A stretch of 64,000 nucleotides of DNA from an uncultured Pelagibacteraceae bacterium (GTDB taxonomy: Bacteria > Pseudomonadota > Alphaproteobacteria > Pelagibacterales > Pelagibacteraceae). A model generated the notes under the pieces. The model had not been told where the DNA came from, searched no databases, and saw only the letters and a list, made by a program, of their open reading frames with translations. A program made the translations under genes and the position numbers. Positions 41,897 through 52,543 of the stretch are shown in pieces. The stretch is from contig CACNAX010000002.1 of NCBI GenBank assembly GCA_902618565.1, forward strand, positions 3,980 through 67,979, written 5' to 3'. Each line of letters starts with the position of its first letter. The first letter of the stretch is position 1.

Positions 41897-42279
41897 TATT
41901 TTTTAAGTGGAGTTAATTTTTTACCTGCAATTGCAATGGCTTTTCCTTTTCTTGTCCTGGAGTTACATCTTGTTCTCTGACCTCTAACAGGAAGTTTTTT
42001 TCTATGTCTGGATCCTCTATAGGTTGCTAGATCGATTAATCTTTTTATACTTAACGAAGTTTCTCTTCTTAAATCACCTTCAACAGTAAATTTTTGATCA
42101 ATGAATTCTCTAATCTTTAAAATTTGTTCATCGGTTAATTCATTAACTCTTTTTGATTTTGGTATTTCTAATTCAGCACAAATCTGATTAGAAAATTTAT
42201 TTCCTATGCCATAAATATAGGTTAGTCCAACATGAACTAATTTATTTTGTGGTATGTTTACACCTGCAATACGAGCCAT
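41896..42279 (-). CDS. rpsM: 30S ribosomal protein S13
   Basis: [26 protein letters not shown]. Confidence 0.98.
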   Translation of the reverse strand: MARIAGVNIPQNKLVHVGLTYIYGIGNKFSNQICAELEIPKSKRVNELTDEQILKIREFIDQKFTVEGDLRRETSLSIKRLIDLATYRGSRHRKKLPVRGQRTRCNSRTRKGKAIAIAGKKLTPLKK

Positions 42280-42302
42280 AATTTTTGTGATAAATTGAGC
42301 CT

Positions 42303-42330
42303 GTTATATAAGAAGATTAGTCAAAGTCAA
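42303..42330 (-). promoter_or_regulatory. putative sigma70 promoter of the alpha operon (rpsM)
   Basis: Minus strand TTGACT (42330-42325) - 16 nt - TATAAC (42308-42303) in the only sizeable gap of the ribosomal cluster. Confidence 0.55.
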
Positions 42331-42334
42331 CGTC

Positions 42335-42898
42335 TTAAACATTCAAAAAAGTCTCTATTTTACTTGTTATTTGATCAATTTCCATTGCTCCATCAATTTC
42401 ATGAAAATTAGAATTTTTAGAATAGAAATCCAATACGGGTTTAGTCGTTTCTATATAAGTATCATATCTTTTTAGTATTGTATCTAAATCATCATCAGAT
42501 CTTTTTTCTAAAATTTTTCTTTTCTTAATTCTTTTTACAATAGTCTCTTTATTTACATTTAAGAAAAAAATATGATTTATTTTCTGCTTTGAATCTATCA
42601 GTAATGCATCTAAATTTTTTGCTTGGGTTATAGACCTGGGATAACCATCAAAAATTAATTTTTCTTTTTTAATAGGATCAAAGACATGATTTTTTAAAAG
42701 ACTATTTACAATTTCGTCACTTACAAATTTTCCTTCATTCATATGATTTATTATTTTTTTTCCTATATCTGTATCTTTTTTTATTTCTTCTCTTAAAATA
42801 TCTCCAGTAGAAATTTGATAACCATTCAATTTTTTTACAAGATATTTAGCTTGGGTACCTTTCCCAGCTCCTGGAGGACCAAACAATATTATATTCAC
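42335..42898 (-). CDS. adk: adenylate kinase (short LID type)
   Basis: GPPGAGKGTQA, STGDILR, DGYPR, RSDD. Confidence 0.97.
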   Translation of the reverse strand: MNIILFGPPGAGKGTQAKYLVKKLNGYQISTGDILREEIKKDTDIGKKIINHMNEGKFVSDEIVNSLLKNHVFDPIKKEKLIFDGYPRSITQAKNLDALLIDSKQKINHIFFLNVNKETIVKRIKKRKILEKRSDDDLDTILKRYDTYIETTKPVLDFYSKNSNFHEIDGAMEIDQITSKIETFLNV

Positions 42899-44179
42899 CT
42901 ATCTACCAAATTTAGTTTTTTTAATAAGTTGCTCGTATTGAGAACTCATCATTCTTGTTTGAATTTGAGTAACAGTATCAATTGCAACTACAACAACAAT
43001 CAAAACTGAAGCACCACCCAAATAAAATGGAATAGGATAATTTGCAATTAAAAATTCTGGCATTAAACAAACTAGTGTAAGATATAATGCACCTATTGTT
43101 GTTAGTCTTGTAAGAATTGTATCAATATATAATGCAGTACTTTCTCCAGGTCTAATCCCAGGTATAAATCCACCATATTTTCTAAGATTATCAGCTGTCT
43201 CTGTTGGATTAAAAGTTATTGAGGTATAAAAAAAAGTAAAAAATATTATTCCTGATGCATACAGTATCATGTATAAAGGCTGACCTTGTGAAAAGTAAGA
43301 CGAAATATTCAAAAATGTTTCATTTTGAGAAACATTAAAGTTTGAAAATGTAACTGGCAACAATAATAACGCTGAAGCAAAAATTGCTGGTATTACACCT
43401 GCTGAATTAATTTTCAAAGGTAAATGGGAGGAATCTCCACCATACATTTTATTTCCCATTTGTCTCTTAGGATAATTTATTAGAATTTTTCTTAATGCTC
43501 TTTCCATAAAGACAATAAATATAATAGTTGCAACAAGTAGTAGAAATATAAATATTATCATTACAGTTGAAATTGCTCCCGTTCTTCCTAATTCAAATGT
43601 TGTTACTAATGCTCTAGGAATTTCAGCAACAATACCCGAAAAAATAATTAATGAGATACCATTGCCAATGCCTCTTTGTGTAATTTGTTCCCCTAGCCAC
43701 ATTAAAAATATTGTTCCAGCAACAATAGTTGTAACAGTTGAAATTTTAAAAAAAATTCCTGGATTAATAACTAAGTCTGCTGATGACTCTAATCCAACAG
43801 CTAATCCATAACCTTGTATGGTAGCCAATAAAACTGTTCCATATCTTGTTATTTGAGTTATTTTTTGTCTTCCTATTTCTCCTTGGGCCTTTAAATTTTT
43901 GAAATAATCTGAAACTCCGGTAAGCAATTGTATTATAATTGAAGAAGATATATACGGCATTATGCCAAGGGCAAAAATTGCCATTCTACTAACGGCACCC
44001 CCTGCAAAGACATTAAACATACCTAACAAACCCTTTTGGTTTCCTTCCATCATTATTTGGAGTTGTTCGGGGTCAATTCCTGGAAGTGGAACAAAAGTAC
44101 CCAATCTATATACCGCAAGAATAAATAATGTGAATATTATTCTATTTCTTAAATCATTAGATTGTGTAGAGGCACTCAT
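42899..44179 (-). CDS. secY: preprotein translocase subunit SecY
   Basis: VPLPG, FALGIMPYISSSII, GIGNGISLIIF, IPGIRPG. Confidence 0.98.
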   Translation of the reverse strand: MSASTQSNDLRNRIIFTLFILAVYRLGTFVPLPGIDPEQLQIMMEGNQKGLLGMFNVFAGGAVSRMAIFALGIMPYISSSIIIQLLTGVSDYFKNLKAQGEIGRQKITQITRYGTVLLATIQGYGLAVGLESSADLVINPGIFFKISTVTTIVAGTIFLMWLGEQITQRGIGNGISLIIFSGIVAEIPRALVTTFELGRTGAISTVMIIFIFLLLVATIIFIVFMERALRKILINYPKRQMGNKMYGGDSSHLPLKINSAGVIPAIFASALLLLPVTFSNFNVSQNETFLNISSYFSQGQPLYMILYASGIIFFTFFYTSITFNPTETADNLRKYGGFIPGIRPGESTALYIDTILTRLTTIGALYLTLVCLMPEFLIANYPIPFYLGGASVLIVVVVAIDTVTQIQTRMMSSQYEQLIKKTKFGR

Positions 44180-44640
44180 TATTTAGGTTGATTTTTTAAA
44201 GTAATCTGTCCACCGGCTTTTTCAATTTTCTCTTTCGTAATTTTTGAAGAATAATCTGCTTCGATATCTATTTTAGAATTTAATTCACCATTTGATAAGA
44301 CTTTAAATTTGTTAATTGATTTTCTAAATAACTTAGATTTTTTTAACGTTTCTATATTTATTTTTATATCTGTACTGATTTTTTTAGCATTAATAAGTTT
44401 TTGTAAATCACCAAGATTAATTACCGCTATATTTTTTTTATTTATAGGATTAAAGCCTCTTTTAGGTAGTCTTCTATATAATGGCATTTGACCACCTTCA
44501 AAACTTTTTATAGCTACTCCAGATCTTGATTTTTGTCCTTTAACACCTCGGCCTGAAGTTTTTCCTTTACCAGATCCTATACCTCTTCCTACACGAATTT
44601 TTTTTGTTTTTAAATTTTTTAATGTGTTTAAAGATGTCAT
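44179..44640 (-). CDS. rplO: 50S ribosomal protein L15
   Basis: RVGRGIGSGKGKTSGRG, FEGGQMPLYRRLPKRGF. Confidence 0.98.
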   Translation of the reverse strand: MTSLNTLKNLKTKKIRVGRGIGSGKGKTSGRGVKGQKSRSGVAIKSFEGGQMPLYRRLPKRGFNPINKKNIAVINLGDLQKLINAKKISTDIKINIETLKKSKLFRKSINKFKVLSNGELNSKIDIEADYSSKITKEKIEKAGGQITLKNQPK

Positions 44641-45140
44641 TATCCTCTTTTCTCAATTATTTCTGAAATTTTTTTATTTCTTAAACTCGAGATATTTTTT
44701 GGCGAATTTTGTTTTGACAATGCTTTAATGCATGCTCTGATTACATTATGAGGGTTTGCTGTACCTAAAGATTTAGCAACAATATCTTTTATTCCAAGTA
44801 CTTCACACACGGCTCTAACAGGACCACCTGCAATAATACCCGTTCCTTTAGGTGCAGATCTTAATTTAATTTTGCCTGCTCCATCTTTACCATATATGTC
44901 ATGATGAATTGTTCTTCCATCTCTTAGTGGTATTTGTATCAATTTTCTTCTAGCTAGCTCATTTGCTTTTTTTATTGCATCAGGAACTTGTTTAGCTTTT
45001 GCATGCGCAATACCAATTTTACCATTCTGGTTACCAACTACAACTAAAGCTGAAAAGCCAAATCTTCTCCCTCCTTTAACAACTTTAGTAATTCTGTTTA
45101 TATGAACTAATTTCTCTACAAATTCTGTATTTTTTTCCAT
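44640..45140 (-). CDS. rpsE: 30S ribosomal protein S5
   Basis: KVVKGGRRFGFSALVVVG, GTGIIAGG. Confidence 0.98.
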   Translation of the reverse strand: MEKNTEFVEKLVHINRITKVVKGGRRFGFSALVVVGNQNGKIGIAHAKAKQVPDAIKKANELARRKLIQIPLRDGRTIHHDIYGKDGAGKIKLRSAPKGTGIIAGGPVRAVCEVLGIKDIVAKSLGTANPHNVIRACIKALSKQNSPKNISSLRNKKISEIIEKRG

Positions 45141-45143
45141 ATT

Positions 45144-45494
45144 TTAAAATTCCATTCCATTTTTTCGCAATGTATCTGCAAAAATTTTAACTCTCCCATG
45201 ATATTTATAAATACCTCTATCAAAGTAAATTTTTTTAATATTTTTTTCATTTGCTTTCTTTGCTAGCATTTCAGCTACAATTGTCGATAATTCTGATTTA
45301 TTTTTTTTTTGTTCTTTAATTCCCTTATCTATTGATGAAGCAGAAACTAAAGTAATATTTTTTACATCATCTATAATCTGAGCGCTTATATTTTTTGCAG
45401 ATCTTGAAACACTTAATCTGTAACGATCTTTTGATACTTTTTTAAGTTTTTTTCTTACTCTAAATTTTTTTCTTTCGATTGTATTTAATCTCAT
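45144..45494 (-). CDS. rplR: 50S ribosomal protein L18
   Basis: [24 protein letters not shown]. Confidence 0.97.
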   Translation of the reverse strand: MRLNTIERKKFRVRKKLKKVSKDRYRLSVSRSAKNISAQIIDDVKNITLVSASSIDKGIKEQKKNKSELSTIVAEMLAKKANEKNIKKIYFDRGIYKYHGRVKIFADTLRKNGMEF

Positions 45495-46033
45495 TATTTT
45501 TTCTTACCTTCTTTTCTTAAAATATATTGACCTTTTTCTTTTATACCTTTTCCTTTGTAAGGTTCAGGTGGTCTAATGCTTTTAATCTGTGAAGCAACCA
45601 TCCCTACTTGTTGCTTGTTTGAGCCACTTATTTTTAATGTTGTTTGTTTTTCAACAGCTATTTTAATACCATCTGGGATCTCAAAATTAATGTCATGACT
45701 AAATCCTAGCTGCATATTTAAAACATTACCCTTTAAAGCTGCTCTGTAGCCAACTCCTGTAAGTTCAAGTACTTTTTCATAACCACTACTTGCACCAATA
45801 ATAGCATTATTAATTAAGCTTCTGTTCATGCCCCATAACCTTTTTGAAATATCGTCAAGTTTTTTAGGTTTTATGGAAACGTCTTTACCCTCTGTAATAT
45901 TAAGTTCAAACATTTCTAAGTCTAATTTAATTGTCTGTTTTCCCAGAGGTCCCTCAACATTAACAGTATTCCCAGATAGTAAGACTTTTACTTTTTCTGG
46001 AATTGGTATGTTTATTTTTCCTATTTTAGACAT
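45494..46033 (-). CDS. rplF: 50S ribosomal protein L6
   Basis: [27 protein letters not shown]. Confidence 0.98.
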   Translation of the reverse strand: MSKIGKINIPIPEKVKVLLSGNTVNVEGPLGKQTIKLDLEMFELNITEGKDVSIKPKKLDDISKRLWGMNRSLINNAIIGASSGYEKVLELTGVGYRAALKGNVLNMQLGFSHDINFEIPDGIKIAVEKQTTLKISGSNKQQVGMVASQIKSIRPPEPYKGKGIKEKGQYILRKEGKKK

Positions 46034-46425
46034 TAAAAGACCTTACAAATAATTTCACCACCAAGCTTTTTCTTTCTTGCATCGACATCAGTCATTACAC
46101 CTTGTGGGGTAGATATTATGGCTATGCCTAAACCATTATTAATTTTTGGAAGACTGCTTGCGCTAGAAAAAATTCTTCTTCCTGGCTTGGAAATTCTTTC
46201 AATAGTATTAATAACTGGATTTCCCAAATTATATTTTAAATTAATTTGAATTGAAGGTTTTTTATCATCATTAATTTTATAATCTATAATATAACCTTCG
46301 GATTTTAACACATCAGCAATTTTAGCTTTAAATTTTGATGATGGTAATAAAACTTTTCGATGATTTCTCACTTGAGCATTTTTAATTCTTGCAAGCATAT
46401 CACCAATTGGATCACTTAAACTCAT
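46033..46425 (-). CDS. rpsH: 30S ribosomal protein S8
   Basis: DPIGDMLARIKN, ISKPGRR, GLGIAIISTPQG, GGE. Confidence 0.98.
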   Translation of the reverse strand: MSLSDPIGDMLARIKNAQVRNHRKVLLPSSKFKAKIADVLKSEGYIIDYKINDDKKPSIQINLKYNLGNPVINTIERISKPGRRIFSSASSLPKINNGLGIAIISTPQGVMTDVDARKKKLGGEIICKVF

Positions 46426-46435
46426 ATTATCCTTT

Positions 46436-46741
46436 CTACCAACTCGATTTTACCATTCCAGGAATTTTTCCTTCTAAACCAAGTTGTCGAAGGGCTATTC
46501 TTGAAATTTTTAATTTTCGGTAAACACCGTGTGGTCTACCTGTGATTTGACATCTATTCATAATTCTTACTTTTGCAGAATTTCGAGGTAATTTTGATAG
46601 TTTTTGTTGAGCTTTAAATCTTTCTTCTAAAGATAATTTTTTATCCATTACTATTTTTTTTAGCTTCAATCTTTTCTTATAAAACTTGTCTGATAATTTT
46701 ATTCTTTTATTGTTTTTGTTAATTGCGCTCATTTTAGCCAT
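46436..46741 (-). CDS. rpsN: 30S ribosomal protein S14 (long, Zn-free type)
   Basis: [23 protein letters not shown]; 101 aa. Confidence 0.98.
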   Translation of the reverse strand: MAKMSAINKNNKRIKLSDKFYKKRLKLKKIVMDKKLSLEERFKAQQKLSKLPRNSAKVRIMNRCQITGRPHGVYRKLKISRIALRQLGLEGKIPGMVKSSW

Positions 46742-47295
46742 TAATTACTCCTTGTTTCTCTAAATGGAAAATTTAGATGTTTTAATAATTCAAAACTGTG
46801 TTCAACTTTTTGAGATTTAATCACAATTGTAATATCTAAACCTCTGATTTTATCAACTTTATCAAAATTTACTTCTGGAAATATAATATGTTCTTTAACA
46901 CCAAAAGTATAATTTCCATATTTGTCAAAGCCATTAGGGCTTAAACCTCTAAAATCTTTTATTCTAGGTAAAGCTATATTTGTTAATCTATCAATAAATT
47001 CGTACATTTTATTTTTTCTTAATGTTACCTTCAAACCAGAATTTGTATTTTTTCTAGTTTTAAAATTTGCAATAGATTTCTTAAATTGAGTTAATACAGG
47101 CATTTGCCCAGTAATATTTGCCAAATCTTCTTGGCACGATTTCAAAATTTTTGAGTCATTGCCATCGAGACCTAAGCCCATATTTAAAACTATTTTTTGT
47201 ATTCTTGGACCCATGTATAAATTTTTATAACCAAATTTTTCTTTTAATGTTGGCTCAATTTCTTTAGTTATAGTTAATTTTAATCTTGGTACCAT
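46741..47295 (-). CDS. rplE: 50S ribosomal protein L5
   Basis: [29 protein letters not shown]. Confidence 0.98.
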   Translation of the reverse strand: MVPRLKLTITKEIEPTLKEKFGYKNLYMGPRIQKIVLNMGLGLDGNDSKILKSCQEDLANITGQMPVLTQFKKSIANFKTRKNTNSGLKVTLRKNKMYEFIDRLTNIALPRIKDFRGLSPNGFDKYGNYTFGVKEHIIFPEVNFDKVDKIRGLDITIVIKSQKVEHSFELLKHLNFPFRETRSN

Positions 47296-47534
47296 TATTT
47301 CTTCGCCTCATTCTTATTTTTAGTTTTAAAAATTGCTAAGTTTGAAAGGTGTATATAGTTTTCCTTCGATATTATTCCACCTTTCTTTTCTTTTGTAGTT
47401 TTCACATGTTTTTTTATCATGTTTATACCTTTAACTTTTGCCCTATTATTTTTTCTGTCAATTTCTATAACATCACCATCTTTGTTCTTATCTTTACCGC
47501 TCAATATTTTTACTTTCACACCTTTTTTAATCAT
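47295..47534 (-). CDS. rplX: 50S ribosomal protein L24 (short, 79 aa)
   Basis: KOW-like [31 protein letters not shown]; between rplN and rplE. Confidence 0.93.
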   Translation of the reverse strand: MIKKGVKVKILSGKDKNKDGDVIEIDRKNNRAKVKGINMIKKHVKTTKEKKGGIISKENYIHLSNLAIFKTKNKNEAKK

Positions 47535-47902
47535 TACAAAACCTCTGGCGCCAACGAAATTATTTTCATTTGTCCTCTATTTCTTAATTCTCTTGTTACA
47601 GGACCAAAAATTCTTGTACCTATTGGTTCTCCTTTATCGTCTGTTAAAACAGCTGCATTGTTATCAAATCTTACTTTAGATCCATCATTTCTATGGATTC
47701 CTTTTTTTACTCTAACAACTACTGCTTTATGTACAGCACCTTTTTTAACCTTTCCTTTTGGTATTGCCTCTTTAACTGCAACCACAATAGTATCACCAAT
47801 ACTTGCGTATCTTCTTTTAGATCCACCTAATACTTTTATGCATTCAATCTTTTTTGCTCCAGTATTATCTGCTACAAATAATTCAGTCTGAACTTGTATC
47901 AT
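47534..47902 (-). CDS. rplN: 50S ribosomal protein L14
   Basis: [33 protein letters not shown]. Confidence 0.98.
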   Translation of the reverse strand: MIQVQTELFVADNTGAKKIECIKVLGGSKRRYASIGDTIVVAVKEAIPKGKVKKGAVHKAVVVRVKKGIHRNDGSKVRFDNNAAVLTDDKGEPIGTRIFGPVTRELRNRGQMKIISLAPEVL

Positions 47903-48135
47903 TTAGAAACCCCTATAACTTCAAATTTTTTTGATTTTGAATAAGGCTTGCACTCTTGAATAGATACCTTATCTCCATTTTTATATTTATTGTCTTCATC
48001 ATGAACACTATATTTTTTTCTGGCTTTAATTACTTTTTTTAATACTGGATGTTGGTATTTTCTCTCAACTAAAACTGTTATAGTTTTATTTGGTTTATCG
48101 CTTACAACCACTCCATTTAATACTTTTTTAGGCAT
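47899..48135 (-). CDS. rpsQ: 30S ribosomal protein S17
   Basis: GVVVSDK..KTITV, HP, HDE, GDKV, SKSK. Confidence 0.97.
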   Translation of the reverse strand: MPKKVLNGVVVSDKPNKTITVLVERKYQHPVLKKVIKARKKYSVHDEDNKYKNGDKVSIQECKPYSKSKKFEVIGVSK

Positions 48136-48316
48136 CTTTTCTCGCTATTAATGTTTTTAATCTTGCAATATTTTTCTTTGTTTCAGTTATCTTTGATGGA
48201 CTTTTTATCTGACCATTAATTTTTTGAAATCTGAAATTAAAAAGATCTTTTTTTAACTTATCAATATCTTTCAAAGCTTGATCTTTAGTCATTTTTTTTA
48301 TTTCACTTTTTTTCAT
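48128..48316 (-). CDS. rpmC: 50S ribosomal protein L29
   Basis: [20 protein letters not shown]; position. Confidence 0.95.
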   Translation of the reverse strand: MKKSEIKKMTKDQALKDIDKLKKDLFNFRFQKINGQIKSPSKITETKKNIARLKTLIARKDA

Positions 48317-48724
48317 TTAAATTCTCTTTATAAATTTACATTTTATCGGTAATTTCGCTGATGCTTTGTAAAGTGCTTCTCTAGCAACTTCCTCAGTTAC
48401 ACCATCTACTTCAAACAAAATTCTTCCAGGTTTAACTCTGCATGCCCAATATTCTGGTGAACCTTTTCCTTTACCCATTCTTACCTCAGTAGGTTTTTTT
48501 GATACTGGGATATTTGGAAACATTCTTGTCCAAACTCTTCCTTGTCTTTTCATATGTCTTGTTAAAGCAACCCTTGCAGCCTCGATTTGTCTTGAAATTA
48601 TTCTTTCAGGCTGAATGGCTTTTAAGCCAAATGATCCATAATTCATTGCATTGCATCGCGAAGCAGTGCCATGAATTCTACCTTTGTGAGCCTTTCTAAA
48701 TTTTGTTCTAGTTGGTTGTAACAT
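48317..48724 (-). CDS. rplP: 50S ribosomal protein L16
   Basis: MLQP..TKFRK, QIEAAR, RMGKGKG, KLP. Confidence 0.98.
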   Translation of the reverse strand: MLQPTRTKFRKAHKGRIHGTASRCNAMNYGSFGLKAIQPERIISRQIEAARVALTRHMKRQGRVWTRMFPNIPVSKKPTEVRMGKGKGSPEYWACRVKPGRILFEVDGVTEEVAREALYKASAKLPIKCKFIKRI

Positions 48725-48726
48725 TA

Positions 48727-49386
48727 CTAGATTTTATTCCTTTCTTGACTAAATTCTTTTGTAAATATTTCACCTTTATATATCCATACTTTAATCCCAA
48801 TTATTCCATAAGTAGTTAAAGCTTCTGCTTCAGCATAATCAATATCTGCTCTTAAAGTATGTGACGGAATACTACCATCTCTTAACCATTCGGTTCTTGC
48901 GATTTCATTTCCGCCTAGTCTTCCGCTACAAGATACTTTAATACCTTTTGCACCTAGTCTTAAAGCTGATTGCATTGCTCGCTTCATTGCTCTTCTGTAA
49001 GAAACTCTTTTAACTAATTGCTGAGCAATGTTCTCAGCAACTAAAAATGAATTAGTTTCTGGTTTTTTTACTTCTTTAATATTTAATACTATTTCATTAG
49101 CACTTAATCTTGATAATTTTCCTTTTATTTTTTCTATATCGCTTCCTTTTTTTCCAATTACAAAACCAGGTCTAGAGGTATAAATTGTCACAAAACATTT
49201 TTTTGCTGATCTTTCTATCATCACTTTTGAAACCCCAGAGTTAACTACTGTTTTTTTAATGAATTCTCTTATTTTAAAATCTTCAATTAAATAGTTTCCA
49301 AAATCTTGTTTTTTTGCATACCAAACAGAATCCCAACCTCTATTAATACCTAATCTTAAACCTACTGGATTAACTTTTTGTCCCAT
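48727..49386 (-). CDS. rpsC: 30S ribosomal protein S3
   Basis: [39 protein letters not shown]. Confidence 0.98.
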   Translation of the reverse strand: MGQKVNPVGLRLGINRGWDSVWYAKKQDFGNYLIEDFKIREFIKKTVVNSGVSKVMIERSAKKCFVTIYTSRPGFVIGKKGSDIEKIKGKLSRLSANEIVLNIKEVKKPETNSFLVAENIAQQLVKRVSYRRAMKRAMQSALRLGAKGIKVSCSGRLGGNEIARTEWLRDGSIPSHTLRADIDYAEAEALTTYGIIGIKVWIYKGEIFTKEFSQERNKI

Positions 49387-49765
49387 GTTCTTTCTCTTTT
49401 TGTTTCATTTTCTCACTCAAAACTATTGTTACATTTGAGTATGGTTTCATGATCTCTGCCGCTCTACCTTTTGCTCTTGCTCTAAATCTTTTCATTATAA
49501 TCTGTTTTCCACAGAAAGCTTCCTTGACTACCAAATTGTCAATATCGTATTGAAAATTATTTTCAGCATTTGCAATTGCTGATGAAATTGTTTTCTTAAC
49601 ATCTCTTGAAATTCTTTTTTCAGAGAAAGATAAATCTCTGATAGCAATTTCTACTTTTTTACCAACTATAGATTTAAGTATTGGTTTTAATTTTCTTACA
49701 CTAGATCTTACATTCTTATTAATAGATCTAACTTGTTTTAATTCTATATCTTTTTTATTACTCAT
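49370..49765 (-). CDS. rplV: 50S ribosomal protein L22
   Basis: [20 protein letters not shown]. Confidence 0.97.
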   Translation of the reverse strand: MSNKKDIELKQVRSINKNVRSSVRKLKPILKSIVGKKVEIAIRDLSFSEKRISRDVKKTISSAIANAENNFQYDIDNLVVKEAFCGKQIIMKRFRARAKGRAAEIMKPYSNVTIVLSEKMKQKEKEHGTKS

Positions 49766-49767
49766 AA

Positions 49768-50076
49768 TTATTTTTTATCAGCTCCTTTTGCTCCACCCTC
49801 GACTTTTGCTTTTTTATCAGCTGGCGTATGACCAAAAAATTGTCTTGTTGGTGCAAATTCTCCAAATTTGTGACCTACCATGTCTTCAGATACGGTTATT
49901 GGTATAAATTTTTTACCGTTATAAATTAAAAAACTAAATCCTACGAAATCAGGTATTATAGTAGACTTTCTGGACCAAGTTTTAATTGGTTTTTTATTAG
50001 GATCGTTTTTAATCTTTTCAACTTTTTTAATTAAACTTTCCTCTACAAACGGTCCTTTCCAAACAGATCTTGCCAT
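49768..50076 (-). CDS. rpsS: 30S ribosomal protein S19
   Basis: [28 protein letters not shown]. Confidence 0.98.
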   Translation of the reverse strand: MARSVWKGPFVEESLIKKVEKIKNDPNKKPIKTWSRKSTIIPDFVGFSFLIYNGKKFIPITVSEDMVGHKFGEFAPTRQFFGHTPADKKAKVEGGAKGADKK

Positions 50077-50079
50077 AAA

Positions 50080-50913
50080 TTAAGCTCTCTTCTTCTTTCT
50101 TCTTCTTATTATAAATTTATCAGTTCTTTTATTATCTCTAGTTTTTAATCCTTTAGCTGATTGTCCTGTAGGAGAAACAGGATGTCTACCACCTGCAGAT
50201 TTTCCTTCACCACCGCCGTGAGGGTGATCTACTGGATTTTTAACAACACCTCTAGTATGTGGTCTTCTACCTAACCATCTTGATCTACCAGCTTTACCAA
50301 TTTTAATGTTTTTTTGATCTGGATTAGATAATACTCCAATTGTAGCCAATGCTCTTGAATCTATTTTTCTAACTTCACCTGAAGTCATTTTTATAATTGA
50401 ATAATTTCCGTCAATACCTGAAATCGTTACAGATGAACCAGCTGCCCTTGCTATTTTTCCACCAGCACCTGGCTGAATTTCAACATTGTGTATATCAATA
50501 CCTACTGGAATATCCTGTAATGGTAAACAATTCCCAATTTTAATTTCTGAAGAAGATCCATTTTGAATATGATCACCAACTTTTATTTTTTGTGGAGCAA
50601 GATAATAGAATTTTTGATTATCCTCAAATTTAACTAACATTATATGGCATGATCTATTTGGATCGTATTCAATTCTTTCTACAACTGCTTTCATGTCATT
50701 TTTTTTTCGATAAAAATCAATTTTTCTGTATTTATGTTTATGTCCACCCCCATGATTTCGTGAAGTTATTCGACCATAATTATTTCTTCCTTTTGAAGAA
50801 TAATTTGCACTTGTTAATGGCTTGTAAGGCTTACCTTTCCATAGACCTTCTCTACTAGTTAAAATAGTACCTCTGGTGGATTTCGTATAAGGTTTAAATG
50901 TTTTTAAAGCCAT
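50080..50913 (-). CDS. rplB: 50S ribosomal protein L2
   Basis: GRNN.GRIT, IEYDPNRS, GKAGRSRW, NPVDHPHGGGEG. Confidence 0.98.
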   Translation of the reverse strand: MALKTFKPYTKSTRGTILTSREGLWKGKPYKPLTSANYSSKGRNNYGRITSRNHGGGHKHKYRKIDFYRKKNDMKAVVERIEYDPNRSCHIMLVKFEDNQKFYYLAPQKIKVGDHIQNGSSSEIKIGNCLPLQDIPVGIDIHNVEIQPGAGGKIARAAGSSVTISGIDGNYSIIKMTSGEVRKIDSRALATIGVLSNPDQKNIKIGKAGRSRWLGRRPHTRGVVKNPVDHPHGGGEGKSAGGRHPVSPTGQSAKGLKTRDNKRTDKFIIRRRKKKRA

Positions 50914-50916
50914 AAT

Positions 50917-51210
50917 TTAAATACCTGTTGTTAAGTCAATATTTTGACCTTTTTTAAGGGTGATAATTGCTTTTTTAAAACCCTTCTTTTTAACTTTTTT
51001 TCCTCTAGTAGATTTAATTAGTGTTTTTTTATTGATAATGTTAATTTTTGTTACATTAACTTTAAAAATTTTTTCAATTGACCCTTTTAATGTTTTTTTA
51101 TTAGCGCTTTGAGGTACCTTAAAAACAATTTTGTTTTGTTCTGACAAATTTGTTGATTTTTCAGTTACAACAGGAAACAATATTTTATCATATAAGCTGA
51201 GTTTATCCAT
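50917..51210 (-). CDS. rplW: 50S ribosomal protein L23
   Basis: PVVTEKS, FKV...ANK, KKAIITL. Confidence 0.96.
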   Translation of the reverse strand: MDKLSLYDKILFPVVTEKSTNLSEQNKIVFKVPQSANKKTLKGSIEKIFKVNVTKINIINKKTLIKSTRGKKVKKKGFKKAIITLKKGQNIDLTTGI

Positions 51211-51833
51211 TATTGGTACCTTTTTTCTAATTCTTTAACTGAACTCTCAGTAAAAATAATTTTTTTATATTTAACTAAATCAAATGCACTGAAATGATTT
51301 ACATCTGTTATTTTGACATTAGGAATGTTTTTTGTTGATCTTAAAATATTATCTTTTGATTTTATATCCACAATTAATAATGAGTTATTTGCATCAAACT
51401 TCTTTAAAAGTTCAAACATTTCTTTTGTTTTTTCAATTTTTTTTCCAAAATCTTCAAAAATAATTACGTTATTAGATTTATTTTTTTCAGTAATAAGTGA
51501 GGCTATACTCATTTTTTTTTCACTTTTATTTAATTTTCTATTTTTATAGTTATCCTGTCCTTTTGGTCCATGAGCTATACCCCCACCTACAAATATGGGT
51601 GCTTTTTTACTAGAATGTCTGGCATTACCAGTGCCTTTTTGTGAGTAGATTTTAGATGTTGAGCCTGTAATCTCATTTCTTTGTTTTGTCTTTGCTTTTC
51701 TACCTTTAAAGTTTGCATTCAATTTATAAATGACACCACTCACCAATTGATTATTAACTTTAGCACTAAAAATTTTATCTAGAACTTCTATGCTCTGTTT
51801 TTTTCCGTCAATACTTAATTTATCTATTTTCAT
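51210..51833 (-). CDS. rplD: 50S ribosomal protein L4
   Basis: QKGTGNARH, GGGIAHGP. Confidence 0.97.
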   Translation of the reverse strand: MKIDKLSIDGKKQSIEVLDKIFSAKVNNQLVSGVIYKLNANFKGRKAKTKQRNEITGSTSKIYSQKGTGNARHSSKKAPIFVGGGIAHGPKGQDNYKNRKLNKSEKKMSIASLITEKNKSNNVIIFEDFGKKIEKTKEMFELLKKFDANNSLLIVDIKSKDNILRSTKNIPNVKITDVNHFSAFDLVKYKKIIFTESSVKELEKRYQ

Positions 51834-52543
51834 TTATTTTTTTTTTTATCACCTATTTTTTTTTGTTTTTCAATTTGCTCAATTTTTTCTTCAATTGACA
51901 TTCGGTTGATATCTTTCACTGATTTTCTAATTAAAACTTCTGTATTTTTTGATCCAGGAATAGAACCTTTTAAATATAGCAAATTGTTTTCTTTGTCAGT
52001 TTTTATAACTTCAATGTTTTGTATAGTTCTAATTTTATCTCCCATATGACCAGCCATTTTTTTTCCTTTAAAAACTTTACCTGGATCCTGCCTTTGTCCA
52101 GTTGAACCATGTGATCTATGAGAAATTGAAACACCATGAGTAGCTCTTAACCCTCCAAAATTATGTCTTTTCATTGCGCCGGCAAATCCTTTACCAATTG
52201 TCTTAGATTTAACGTCAACAAATTTAACATTCTCAAATATTTCTAATCCGATTTCATTACCTTCCTTAAAATTCTCAGTATTTTCTAACCTAAATTCTTT
52301 AAGAGTTTTTTTTGGCTCAGTATTCTTTTTGGCAAAATAACCTTTCATGGCTTTGGTTAATTTTGAGTTTTTAATTTTTCCAAACCCTATTTGTACCGCG
52401 CTATATCCACGGTTTTCTTTGTTAATAACGTTTATTACTCTTCCAGTCTCCATTTTTAACACAGTAACAGGAACTGATTGACCAGTTTTAAAAAACTCTC
52501 TGGACATTCCTATTTTTTTTCCTATTAAAGCTAAATTATCCAT
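51830..52543 (-). CDS. rplC: 50S ribosomal protein L3
   Basis: GKKIGM, GKGFAG.MKRH, SHRSHGSTGQ, KGKKMAGHMG, KGSIPG. Confidence 0.98.
   Translation of the reverse strand: MDNLALIGKKIGMSREFFKTGQSVPVTVLKMETGRVINVINKENRGYSAVQIGFGKIKNSKLTKAMKGYFAKKNTEPKKTLKEFRLENTENFKEGNEIGLEIFENVKFVDVKSKTIGKGFAGAMKRHNFGGLRATHGVSISHRSHGSTGQRQDPGKVFKGKKMAGHMGDKIRTIQNIEVIKTDKENNLLYLKGSIPGSKNTEVLIRKSVKDINRMSIEEKIEQIEKQKKIGDKKKNK

Noticed and set aside
47349-47891. 180-aa plus-strand ORF antisense to rplN/rplX
   Set aside because: Shadow ORF of conserved ribosomal genes; no recognisable motif or promoter
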